Part shown: one piece after another, positions 39,355 to 47,399 of the stretch
Numbering within the stretch: position 1 is the first letter of the stretch
How the letters are laid out: every line of letters begins with the position of its first letter
Assembly (NCBI GenBank): GCA_036676985.1
Contig: JAKFBU010000050.1
Coordinates: 1-55,187, forward strand
Length of the DNA: 55,187 nucleotides
Direction: 5' to 3'
Source of the DNA: Candidatus Sericytochromatia bacterium
GTDB lineage: Bacteria; Cyanobacteriota; Sericytochromatia; S15B-MN24; UBA4093
Notes under the pieces: generated by a model
Database searches by the model: none
What the model was told of the DNA's origin: nothing
The model's input: only the letters and a program-made list of their open reading frames with translations
Position numbers and translations under genes: made by a program

Positions 39355-40628
39355 GGAGCCTCCTTTCGTCCGAATCGGCGTTTGAGGGCGTCGAGGTCGA
39401 CCTTTTGCTTGATGTTGTCGAGGTCCATGCGCTGACGCACCGTGTCCAGGTCGTTGAGGCCCTGCTTGACCGCGTCGAACGCCTCGTTGGGCACGTGCTT
39501 CTTGAGGGTGTCCATCATGCCCTTGAGGAAGCCCTCGAGGGGCGTCGGATCGGGGGCCGCGGGCACCTGGGCCTCGAGCCGGATGGGGGCCGTGCGCGTC
39601 GGCCGGCGGGCGGCCAGGTCGCTGGTGTTGAAGCTCCCGCCCTGCAGCCCGGCCGGACCGAAGGGCTCGGTGACGTTCCGGGCCTGGACCGGCGGTGCGT
39701 CGAAGAGGGCCTCGCCCGGATCGGAGGGCTGCTGGGGACGATCGTTCAGGTTGTACTGGGCGAACATGCGCTCCAGTCGCTCGATGGCCTCGGAGGCGAT
39801 CGCCTGGTACTCGGACGTTTCCACGAGCAGGCGGTAGTGGTTGAGGGCCCGCTCGTAGTGGCCCATCTCCTCGCGCATCTGGGCCGCCTGGTAGCCCGCC
39901 TCGGCCCGCATGCGGTCCAGGCCGAAAGCCCGCTCGAAGGCCTTGAGGGCCTGGGGGCGATCGCCGATGGCCTGGAACGAGCGCGCCATGCGCAGGAACA
40001 GGGACGAGTCCGAGCTGAGCTGGTTGGCGACTTGGCAGTACTCCACGAGCGCCTGGCGGTGGTCGCCGAGGCGCTGGAAGACGTCCGCCATCAACAGGCG
40101 AGCCGGCTTGTAGTCGGGCTGCAGCTTCAAGACGAAGTGCAGCTGGCTGAGGGCCCGTTTCTGGTCGCCGGACTCCAGGCACAGCTGGGCGAGGAAGTAG
40201 CGCGCGACCACCGCCCGCTGGTCGTTGAGGATGGCGAGCTCGAAGGAGCGGATGGCCTCGGGGCGCTGGCCACGATCGCGCAGGATCATGCCCAGCCGGA
40301 TGTGGGCGTCCGTGAACTTGGGGTCGACCTCCAGGCAGCGCCTGAGGACGGGCTCGGCCTCCGAGGCCCGGCGCTCGTCGATGAGCAGCTCGGCGAGGGT
40401 GTACATGACGTCGGCGTCGGGCAGCATGCGCGCCGAGGCCCGCAGGTACTGCTCGGCCTGCCCCGAGTCGCCCTTTTGCAGCAGCACGCGCCCCATGAAG
40501 CTCAGGGCGCGGGGATAGTAGTGGCCGTGCTCGGGCTGGATCCGACCGAACATCGCGAGCGCCTGGTCGAGCTCCTGACGTTCGTAGGCGGCCTGGGCCT
40601 GGTTGAAGATGTCGCCGATGCTGGCCAT
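39351..40628 (-). CDS. Tetratricopeptide repeat protein
   Basis: Multiple 34-aa TPR-like units (A...LG..L...G...EA...FE.A+), then a low-complexity tail. Confidence 0.85.
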   Translation of the reverse strand: MASIGDIFNQAQAAYERQELDQALAMFGRIQPEHGHYYPRALSFMGRVLLQKGDSGQAEQYLRASARMLPDADVMYTLAELLIDERRASEAEPVLRRCLEVDPKFTDAHIRLGMILRDRGQRPEAIRSFELAILNDQRAVVARYFLAQLCLESGDQKRALSQLHFVLKLQPDYKPARLLMADVFQRLGDHRQALVEYCQVANQLSSDSSLFLRMARSFQAIGDRPQALKAFERAFGLDRMRAEAGYQAAQMREEMGHYERALNHYRLLVETSEYQAIASEAIERLERMFAQYNLNDRPQQPSDPGEALFDAPPVQARNVTEPFGPAGLQGGSFNTSDLAARRPTRTAPIRLEAQVPAAPDPTPLEGFLKGMMDTLKKHVPNEAFDAVKQGLNDLDTVRQRMDLDNIKQKVDLDALKRRFGRKEAP

Positions 40629-40668
40629 GGTGGGACCTCTCAGGGTGCTAGGACTGTATACCCGAGGG

Positions 40669-41379
40669 TCAGGCCTCCATCAATTGTTTGGAAAGGGCGG
40701 CGCTGAGGGTCGTCACGTCCACGAAGCCGAGCTGGATCAGGACCTGCCCCAGCATGGCCCCCGAGACGGTCTGCTCGGCGAGCGCGAACTGCAGCTGCTC
40801 GGGCGAGAGCGCTCCCATGTCGAGCAGCACCGTGCCGAGGCGCGACTCCTGGAGCTTGAGGCGCAGCGTCTCGCGGACCTGCTCGGCGGTGACGCAGCCG
40901 AGGTCCACCATGATCTCGGTCAAGAGGCGGTCGGGCTCGGCATGCAGCACGTGGAAGCACTGGTCCAGGTCCGCCTGGCTCAGGAGGCCGCGCTGCAGGA
41001 AGACCGCCCCGGTGCGCTTCTCGGCGCTCTGCTGCGAGAGGGCCCACTCGACGGCCTCCACCCCGCAGGCACCGGCCTCGACCAGGAGCTCGCCGAGCAT
41101 GCGACCGCATTCGGTCTGCTTGGCGAGGGCGGCCTGCAACTGCTCGATGGTCACGGCCTCGATGCGCAAGAGGATCTGGCCGAGCCGGGCGTCGCGCAGC
41201 TGCTCCTTGAGGGCGGCGTCAATGGCCTCCGGCGTGGCGAGCCCCATCTCGACGAGCAGCTCGCCGAGCTTGTGGCCGGGCGTCTGGTGCGCGAGCGCCT
41301 CGGTGAGGGCTTCCGGGGCGACGGCTCCGGTCCTCACCAAGATGGCGCCTAGCCGGTTGTCCTCGGCGGGCTCTGCCAT
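40669..41379 (-). CDS. Stand-alone tandem MshEN-motif protein (8 motifs, about 4 domains)
   Basis: RLGAILVRTG..., KLGELLVEMG..., RLGQILL..., RLGTVLLDMG..SPEQLQFALAEQ. Start 41379 or 41388. Confidence 0.85.
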   Translation of the reverse strand: MAEPAEDNRLGAILVRTGAVAPEALTEALAHQTPGHKLGELLVEMGLATPEAIDAALKEQLRDARLGQILLRIEAVTIEQLQAALAKQTECGRMLGELLVEAGACGVEAVEWALSQQSAEKRTGAVFLQRGLLSQADLDQCFHVLHAEPDRLLTEIMVDLGCVTAEQVRETLRLKLQESRLGTVLLDMGALSPEQLQFALAEQTVSGAMLGQVLIQLGFVDVTTLSAALSKQLMEA

Positions 41380-41497
41380 GGGGTCCATCCTTCCGCGGGC
41401 GCGCGGCATGCGCGCGCTTTCCGTGACACGGCAACAGTGTAGCAGCCGTCGGTCGTGCGCTACAACTCCTGCCAGGCCGGGTGGTACAATGCCCCCT

Positions 41498-42724
41498 ATG
41501 CCGAAACGCCTCCTCGTCGCCACGGTCCTACTGAGCATCCTAGCAGCTGCTCCCACGGCCCGGGCGGACGTCCCCGACGACAAGACCGGCCGCATCCGCG
41601 AGTACCGCGATCGCCGCTTCGAGATCACCCAGCCCTCGAGCACGAGCTACGAGGTGCGCGTGGGCACGGGCACGGAGTCGATTCGGGTGCGCGATCGCGT
41701 CCTGGCCGAGCGGGCCGACGACGTGGAGCTCCTGGAGAAGATCGACGCCGGCCAGCGATCGCGCTCCATCTGGCAGCTCTCGTGGAGCCTGGGGGTTCCC
41801 CTCGGTGTCTACCTCTTCTTCGACAACTTCCTGGGCAATCCGCGTCCGGCGGGCCTCGCGGGCCAGGTGCCGGCGCCCGTGGTCTCCTTCTATCCGGCCA
41901 ACGACCTGCGCAGCTACGCGCTCGCCACCGGTGGCGCGGTGCTCGCGGCCTATGGTGCCAGCCAGCTGGCGGGCTGGGTCGCCGAGCGCTTCGGCTGGCA
42001 GTTCGCGAGCTTCCTCAAGCCGGAGGAGGCCAAGAAGGCGGCCAACACCGCCAACAACCGCCTCCTGGACGAGCTCGCCCTGTCCCTTACGGACGTCACG
42101 GCGGCCTCGCCGAGCGCGGGCACCACGGCCGCGGCCACCGCGAGCGCGGGCACGACCGTGACGCTCCAGGGCGAGGAGGGCAGCGCCGCCTTCTACGTCG
42201 CCCGGGCGGTGGAGACCCTCCGCAACCAGCGCGGGGCCGGCTACCGGCTCTACATGGTCTATACCAAGGACATGGGCGACAAGTCCGGCAAGCTGCAGCG
42301 CGGAAGCTGGCGCTACCTCTTCTACAACCCGCAGACCCTCGACTCCCAGGAGGTCAACGTGCCGGTCTTCGGGGCGAGCCCCACCGTGGGCCCGGCTCCC
42401 GACGCCTTCAAGGACTGGCGCACGGCACCGTCTCTGGCCGATCAGTGGAAGGTCGACAGCCCCAAGGCCATGAGCATGCTCAGCGAGGCCCTCATGACCC
42501 GCGGCATCCCCTGGCTCGTGGACGAGGCGACCCTGCTCCTCTACCCCTACTACGGCAACTTCCAGGTGCCCGTCTGGGTCATCGACCAGGGCACGGGGCC
42601 CCTGCTCGTCGGCGTCGACGGAGCGGCGGCGATCGCCGTGGACCTCGCCCAGTCCGGCCGCAACGTGCAGCCGGGTGCCGGCGGCGTCACGCCGCCGACC
42701 AGCCCGGGCGGCCCGACTCCGTAA
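41498..42724 (+). CDS. Exported/membrane hypothetical protein
   Basis: Signal peptide (A-R-A), two hydrophobic segments, C-terminal WKVDSPKA PepSY-like pattern (weak). Confidence 0.7.
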   Translation: MPKRLLVATVLLSILAAAPTARADVPDDKTGRIREYRDRRFEITQPSSTSYEVRVGTGTESIRVRDRVLAERADDVELLEKIDAGQRSRSIWQLSWSLGVPLGVYLFFDNFLGNPRPAGLAGQVPAPVVSFYPANDLRSYALATGGAVLAAYGASQLAGWVAERFGWQFASFLKPEEAKKAANTANNRLLDELALSLTDVTAASPSAGTTAAATASAGTTVTLQGEEGSAAFYVARAVETLRNQRGAGYRLYMVYTKDMGDKSGKLQRGSWRYLFYNPQTLDSQEVNVPVFGASPTVGPAPDAFKDWRTAPSLADQWKVDSPKAMSMLSEALMTRGIPWLVDEATLLLYPYYGNFQVPVWVIDQGTGPLLVGVDGAAAIAVDLAQSGRNVQPGAGGVTPPTSPGGPTP

Positions 42725-42841
42725 AGGGACGGGGAAGCTTCCTTTAAGCTTCGCTAAAGGGTCGTCAGATCACACGGTTTTGAGCCGAAAACCCCTCCAG
42801 GACATGGGCTCCTTGTCCTGATGCTGCTGGAGGTGGTGGGC

Positions 42842-43594
42842 ATGGCCATTCGCATGGACGGATCTTCCCTGCAACGTCTGCAAAGGCGTCCGGTGGCGGC
42901 CGGAGGCGGCGTCGCCGTTCAGGCTGCCCCTAGCGTCGTGACGCCGGCCGCACCGAGCGTGCCGGATCCCGCCAAGAGCAACGCCCCGACCCTTCCGGTG
43001 CCCGATCCGCGCAAGGCCACCGAGCTCGTGGACGCCCTCCTGCATCCCATCCGAACCCTCAAGGGCTTCTTCGCCTGGGGCAAGAACATGCTGGCCTTCG
43101 ATGGCCTGGGGGCCATCAACACCCAGAACGCACCACAGGCCGCCCAGTACCTGAGCGGCATGGACGGCGGTCTCAACCTGATGGGCCTGGCACGGCTCCT
43201 GCCCTTCATGGCGCGGGCCGTCGACAAGCGCGCGGCCGCGGCCGTCACGCAGCTGCGCCCGAGCATCGAAGAGGGCCTCACGGCCCGCAGCATGCACGGC
43301 GTGAACATCGTCTGGCCGGTCGGTGGCTCCAACTACAAGGCCTTCCAGGAGCTGATGTCCTTCGACGCCGTGTTCAAGGAGTACCCGGATGCTGCGGTGC
43401 AGAAGGTGCTCGCGGGCGTTGCCGAGATCAACGTCCAGCGCCTCGACCTCTGGGACATGGCCAACCCGATCAAGCGCCAGGCGGCAACACTCGTGATCCA
43501 GCGGCCCATCACCTGGCTGCCCGGCCAGCGCTCCATCGAGGAGAGCCTGCGGAGCTACCTGACCCAGGCGAGCACCGTCAGCGTGACGATCTAG
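42842..43594 (+). CDS. Hypothetical protein
   Basis: GGAGGT RBS before ATG 42842. Ala/Pro-rich N-terminus. Confidence 0.7.
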   Translation: MAIRMDGSSLQRLQRRPVAAGGGVAVQAAPSVVTPAAPSVPDPAKSNAPTLPVPDPRKATELVDALLHPIRTLKGFFAWGKNMLAFDGLGAINTQNAPQAAQYLSGMDGGLNLMGLARLLPFMARAVDKRAAAAVTQLRPSIEEGLTARSMHGVNIVWPVGGSNYKAFQELMSFDAVFKEYPDAAVQKVLAGVAEINVQRLDLWDMANPIKRQAATLVIQRPITWLPGQRSIEESLRSYLTQASTVSVTI

Positions 43595-43846
43595 CTAGAT
43601 AAAGCGTACGGTCCTGAGCCCGGCCCAGACGCCGGCGGCCTTGAGGCGCTCGCTCTCCGACTCGAGGCTGTCCTCGTCGTTGGCGCGCCGCTCGAAGCGC
43701 TGGAAGCGACCTTCGTAGTCGCCCGACTCCAGGCGCATCTGGGGGCGATACCGGTAGCCCAGGGCTATCAACTTGTGCTTGAGAAGCTGGGCGGCGGTCG
43801 AGTCGTCGCCTCTGAAGCGGGTCTCCAACAAGAAACGGGTCTTCAT
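43595..43846 (-). CDS. Small hypothetical protein (83 aa)
   Basis: GGAGG RBS before ATG 43846. Fills the gap between neighbouring genes. Confidence 0.6.
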   Translation of the reverse strand: MKTRFLLETRFRGDDSTAAQLLKHKLIALGYRYRPQMRLESGDYEGRFQRFERRANDEDSLESESERLKAAGVWAGLRTVRFI

Positions 43847-43958
43847 GTCGTTCGTCCCTCCGGTGATCCCCTTATACCCCGGTATGAGCGGTTTGCGCGG
43901 ACCTGGCGCATGCGCTAGAGTGGTGCACGTCGTCGCGCGGGCCAGAGGGGGATCGGAC

Positions 43959-44714
43959 GTGCCGAAAATCCAGCTGTTGCTGCTCTTGGGCCTCTGGCTA
44001 GGCCTCGTGCAGCCTGCCCATGCGGCCCAGCTGACGGTGGCCGCGGCCTCGAGCGTCCAGGAGCCCTTGCTCGAGATCGCCCGGCGCTTCGAGCAGGACA
44101 CGGGGCATCGCGTGCGACCGGTTTTCGGCGCCTCCGGCAAGCTCTACGCCCAGATCGCCCAGGGGGCGCCCTTCGATGTCTACTTCTCGGCCGACACCGA
44201 GTTCCCGGCCAAGCTCCATGCCCGGGGACTCGCAGACGCCCCCCGGCGCTTCGCGCGCGGACGCCTGGTCCTGTGGGCTCCGGCTGGCTCGCCCTTCGAC
44301 GTGACGCGGGGCCTCGCGGTCCTGCAAGATGCGCGCCTCCGCAAGCTCGCCATCGCCAACCCGCGTCTCGCTCCCTACGGCCGGGCGGCCGTGGAGGCCA
44401 TGCGGGCGGCCGGGGTCTACGCAGCGGTCGAGCAGAAGCTCGCCATGGGCGAGAACGTGGCCCAGACCCTGCAGTTCGTCCAGTCCGGCGGGGCCGACCT
44501 GGCGCTGGTGCCGCTCTCCCTCGCGCGCTCGCCCAAGCTCGCGGGACAAGGCCGCCATGTCCTCCTACCTGCGTCTGGACATGCGCCCATCGACTCGGAG
44601 GCGGCCGTGCTGAATCGCGCCCACGATCGCGCCCTCGCCGAACGCTTCCTCGCCTTCTGCATGGGCGATCGCGCCCGCTCCATCTGGCGCCGCTACGGTC
44701 TGACGGGCGAATGA
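43959..44714 (+). CDS. modA: Molybdate ABC transporter substrate-binding protein
   Basis: VAAASS, FGASGKL.AQI.QGAPFDVYFSAD, AIANP..APYG, GENV.Q. Confidence 0.93.
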   Translation: MPKIQLLLLLGLWLGLVQPAHAAQLTVAAASSVQEPLLEIARRFEQDTGHRVRPVFGASGKLYAQIAQGAPFDVYFSADTEFPAKLHARGLADAPRRFARGRLVLWAPAGSPFDVTRGLAVLQDARLRKLAIANPRLAPYGRAAVEAMRAAGVYAAVEQKLAMGENVAQTLQFVQSGGADLALVPLSLARSPKLAGQGRHVLLPASGHAPIDSEAAVLNRAHDRALAERFLAFCMGDRARSIWRRYGLTGE

Positions 44715-45382
44715 TGAGCGACGCCCTGCTCCTGACCATCCGCCTGTCGGCCGTGACGACGATCCTGCTTCTGCTCGTCGGCATGCCGCTCGCCTACTGG
44801 CTGTCCCGTACGCGCTTCCGCTTCCGCCCGCTCGTCGAGGCCACCGTCGCCTTGCCTCTGGTGCTGCCGCCCACGGTCCTCGGCTTCTATCTCCTGATGG
44901 CCATGGGCAGCCAGGGCTGGCTCGGGCGCTTCTGGGAGGCCGCGTTCCATCAGCGGCTGCCCTTCACCTTCACGGGCCTCGTCATCGCCTCGGTCTGCTA
45001 CAGCCTGCCCTTCGCCGTCCAGCCCATGCAGGCGGCCTTCCAGGGCCTCTCGCCGCGGTTGCTCGAGGCCGCGCACACCCTCGGGGCCTCGCCGTTCCGG
45101 ACCTTCTGGCGGGTGGTCCTGCCCAACTCGTTGCCGGGCGTGGTCGCGGCGGGTGTCCTCACCTTCGCGCACACGGTGGGGGAGTTCGGCGTCATCCTGA
45201 TGGTGGGGGGCAACATCCCTGGCGAGACCAAGACCGTCTCCATCGCCATCTACGACCTGGTCGAGGCCCTCGAGTACTCCGAGGCCGGCCGTCTCGCCCT
45301 CTTGCTCGTGCTGCTCGCGTACCTGGTGCTCGCGGGCTTCTACCTCTTCAACCGCCGGATCCTACAGCTATGGCGCTCCTAG
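44711..45382 (+). CDS. modB: Molybdate ABC transporter permease
   Basis: LPLVLPPTVLGFYLL, EAA..LGA, FAHTVGEFG...GGNIPGET. Confidence 0.95.
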   Translation: MMSDALLLTIRLSAVTTILLLLVGMPLAYWLSRTRFRFRPLVEATVALPLVLPPTVLGFYLLMAMGSQGWLGRFWEAAFHQRLPFTFTGLVIASVCYSLPFAVQPMQAAFQGLSPRLLEAAHTLGASPFRTFWRVVLPNSLPGVVAAGVLTFAHTVGEFGVILMVGGNIPGETKTVSIAIYDLVEALEYSEAGRLALLLVLLAYLVLAGFYLFNRRILQLWRS

Positions 45383-46434
45383 ACCTCTTACTCGCCACGC
45401 GCCTCGGGGACCTCTCGCTCCGGGTGGACCTCGCCCTGGAGGCCGGGGTCACGGCCATCGTGGGCCCGTCGGGCTCGGGAAAGACCTCGCTGTTGCGCTG
45501 CGTGGCGGGACTCGAGCGCCCGGAGACGGGCCGGATCGCCTTTGCGGGCGAGACCTGGTACGCCTCGGATCGGGGCGTGAACGTGCCCGTGCAGGGGCGA
45601 CGCGTGGGCTTCGTCTTCAGCGACTACGCCCTCTTCCCGCACCTGACGGTCCGCCGGAACGTGGCCTTCGGGGCCCGGAACCCGACTCGTGTCGAAGAGA
45701 GCCTCCGGCGGCTCTCGCTTTCGGCCCTGAGCGATCGCTACCCCCGCCACCTCTCGGCCGGCGAGCAGCAACGGGTGGCCATTGCGCGGGCGATCGCCGC
45801 CGAGCCCCGCCTGCTCTTGATGGACGAGCCGTTCTCGTCCCTTGACCCGCACCTCAAGTCGCGCGTCTACGCGGAGTTCAACGCCCTGGCCGCCGAGCTG
45901 GGGCTGCCCGTGCTGCTCGTGACCCACGACCTCGCCGAGGCGTGCCTCCTGGCCAACCGGATCGTGGTCCTTGCCGAGGGGGCCGTGCTCCAGGCGGGCT
46001 CGCCCCGGGACATCCTGCACCGGCCCGTGAGCCCCGAGGTGGCCTACCTGGCGGGCAACCCTAACGTCTTCCCGGGGGCCGTGGCGCCGGGCGGTCGTCT
46101 CGCGTGGGGAGAGGTCGAACTCGACGTGGCCACGCCCCAGCCCCTCGCGGGCTCGTCGGTGACCTGGTGTCTCCGCTCGGAGCAGGTGGAGCTCGCGCCG
46201 GGACCGGGCGCCAACGTGGTCGAGGGTATTGTCGCTTCCCTGGGCGTCACGGGGCACGGCTATCGCCTGATGGCGACGGTGCCGGGCTGCGGCCCCCTCC
46301 AGGCGATCCTGCCGCTCTCGGCCGTGGAGGGCGATCGCCTGCGGGTCGGAGAAACAGTGAGCCTCCGGCTGCCACCGGAGGCCATCTGGCTGATGGGAGA
46401 GCGAGCGGCCGGCCTAGCCGACCTGAGGCTCTGA
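45370..46434 (+). CDS. modC: Molybdate ABC transporter ATP-binding protein
   Basis: GPSGSGKT, LFPHLTV, LSAGEQQRVA, DEPFS and a TOBE-like C-terminus. Confidence 0.88.
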   Translation: MALLDLLLATRLGDLSLRVDLALEAGVTAIVGPSGSGKTSLLRCVAGLERPETGRIAFAGETWYASDRGVNVPVQGRRVGFVFSDYALFPHLTVRRNVAFGARNPTRVEESLRRLSLSALSDRYPRHLSAGEQQRVAIARAIAAEPRLLLMDEPFSSLDPHLKSRVYAEFNALAAELGLPVLLVTHDLAEACLLANRIVVLAEGAVLQAGSPRDILHRPVSPEVAYLAGNPNVFPGAVAPGGRLAWGEVELDVATPQPLAGSSVTWCLRSEQVELAPGPGANVVEGIVASLGVTGHGYRLMATVPGCGPLQAILPLSAVEGDRLRVGETVSLRLPPEAIWLMGERAAGLADLRL

Positions 46435-46923
46435 GAAGGGGGCCTTCGCGCCTGCCACGTCGGCCTGCAGGTCCTCGCGGTTGAAGCCGGTGCCGAAGAC
46501 GTCCAGCACCTCCTTGAGGAAACCGAGGCCCGTGGTGACGCCGACGGCGATCGCCTTGCGGGCGCCCTCCGGCACGATCTTGAGGTCGTCGAGGGTCCGG
46601 TCGATGCGGCTCGCGATCTGGCCGCTCTGCATGTAGTGCTTGGTCTTGTCGGTCCCTGCGGGCATGTCCGAGAGCTGGTAGGGAGCCTCGACGGAGGCCA
46701 CGGTGGCCGCCATGAAGGCGTCATTGCGAAGGTTCTCGGGGTCGAGCCGCCGGCCTTCCTTGACGTACTGGTCGCGGGTGGCCTTGAGAGCGGTCTCGAG
46801 GACCTCGTTCGAGGACACGCCGTCATGCTGCGCGGCCTTCACCTGATCGACGACGGGCCGAAAATGAGGATTCTGGCCGACGCGGCGCAGGTGATCTTCT
46901 TGCAGGCGGTTGATCAGGCTCAT
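46414..46923 (-). CDS. Hypothetical protein with YfiM-like C-terminal motif
   Basis: DKTKHY...G..KE.LD...TGF...DL.AD..G. GGAG RBS. Confidence 0.55.
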   Translation of the reverse strand: MSLINRLQEDHLRRVGQNPHFRPVVDQVKAAQHDGVSSNEVLETALKATRDQYVKEGRRLDPENLRNDAFMAATVASVEAPYQLSDMPAGTDKTKHYMQSGQIASRIDRTLDDLKIVPEGARKAIAVGVTTGLGFLKEVLDVFGTGFNREDLQADVAGAKAPFSEPQVG

Positions 46924-47049
46924 GGGCGTCTCTCCGGGCTCTCGGCACAAGGGCCACTTAACGGCCCGAGAACCTTATCGCCCGGAGCGGCCGCGAAGTT
47001 GCTTGCCGGGAGGTCGGGCTGCGGCAGGCCCCGTCCGTCACAGCCGATG

Positions 47050-47391
47050 CTAGCCCGGATCGGAGCCCTCGAAGGGATCGATGGAAGGCGTGGGCGTGGC
47101 CGACGGCGGGGTGGCGTTGCCGCCGGGCTCGTCGAGCGGGCGCAAGGAGGGCGTGGGACTGGGGCTCGGCGTCACGGTGGAGCCTGCGGGCGGCGGGGTG
47201 ACCTGTCCCTGGTTGCTGATGCCGCCGTTGACGTCCTGTCCGCTCGAAGCCGGGGGCGTGGCCGTCGCCCTGGGCGTGGGCGAGCCCTTGGGGCGGTTGA
47301 CGTTGATGCCCGTGTCGTCCCCCTCGCCGGGGCAACCGGCGACAAGCAGGGCGAGCGTGCCGATGATGAGCATGCAAGGGATGCGGCGCAT
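47050..47391 (-). CDS. Small Pro/Thr-rich lipoprotein
   Basis: Lipobox VAGC, AGGAGG RBS, disordered composition. Confidence 0.75.
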   Translation of the reverse strand: MRRIPCMLIIGTLALLVAGCPGEGDDTGINVNRPKGSPTPRATATPPASSGQDVNGGISNQGQVTPPPAGSTVTPSPSPTPSLRPLDEPGGNATPPSATPTPSIDPFEGSDPG

Positions 47392-47399
47392 CCGTCCTC

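Noticed and set aside
38755-40182. 475-aa ORF suggesting a long N-terminal extension on the MshEN protein
   Set aside because: The extension overlaps the TPR gene out of frame and is low-complexity. AAGGAGG plus GTG at 39354 gives the real start.
40688-41497. N-terminal 270 aa of the 678-aa plus-strand ORF
   Set aside because: Antisense to the MshEN gene. The signal peptide begins at 41498.
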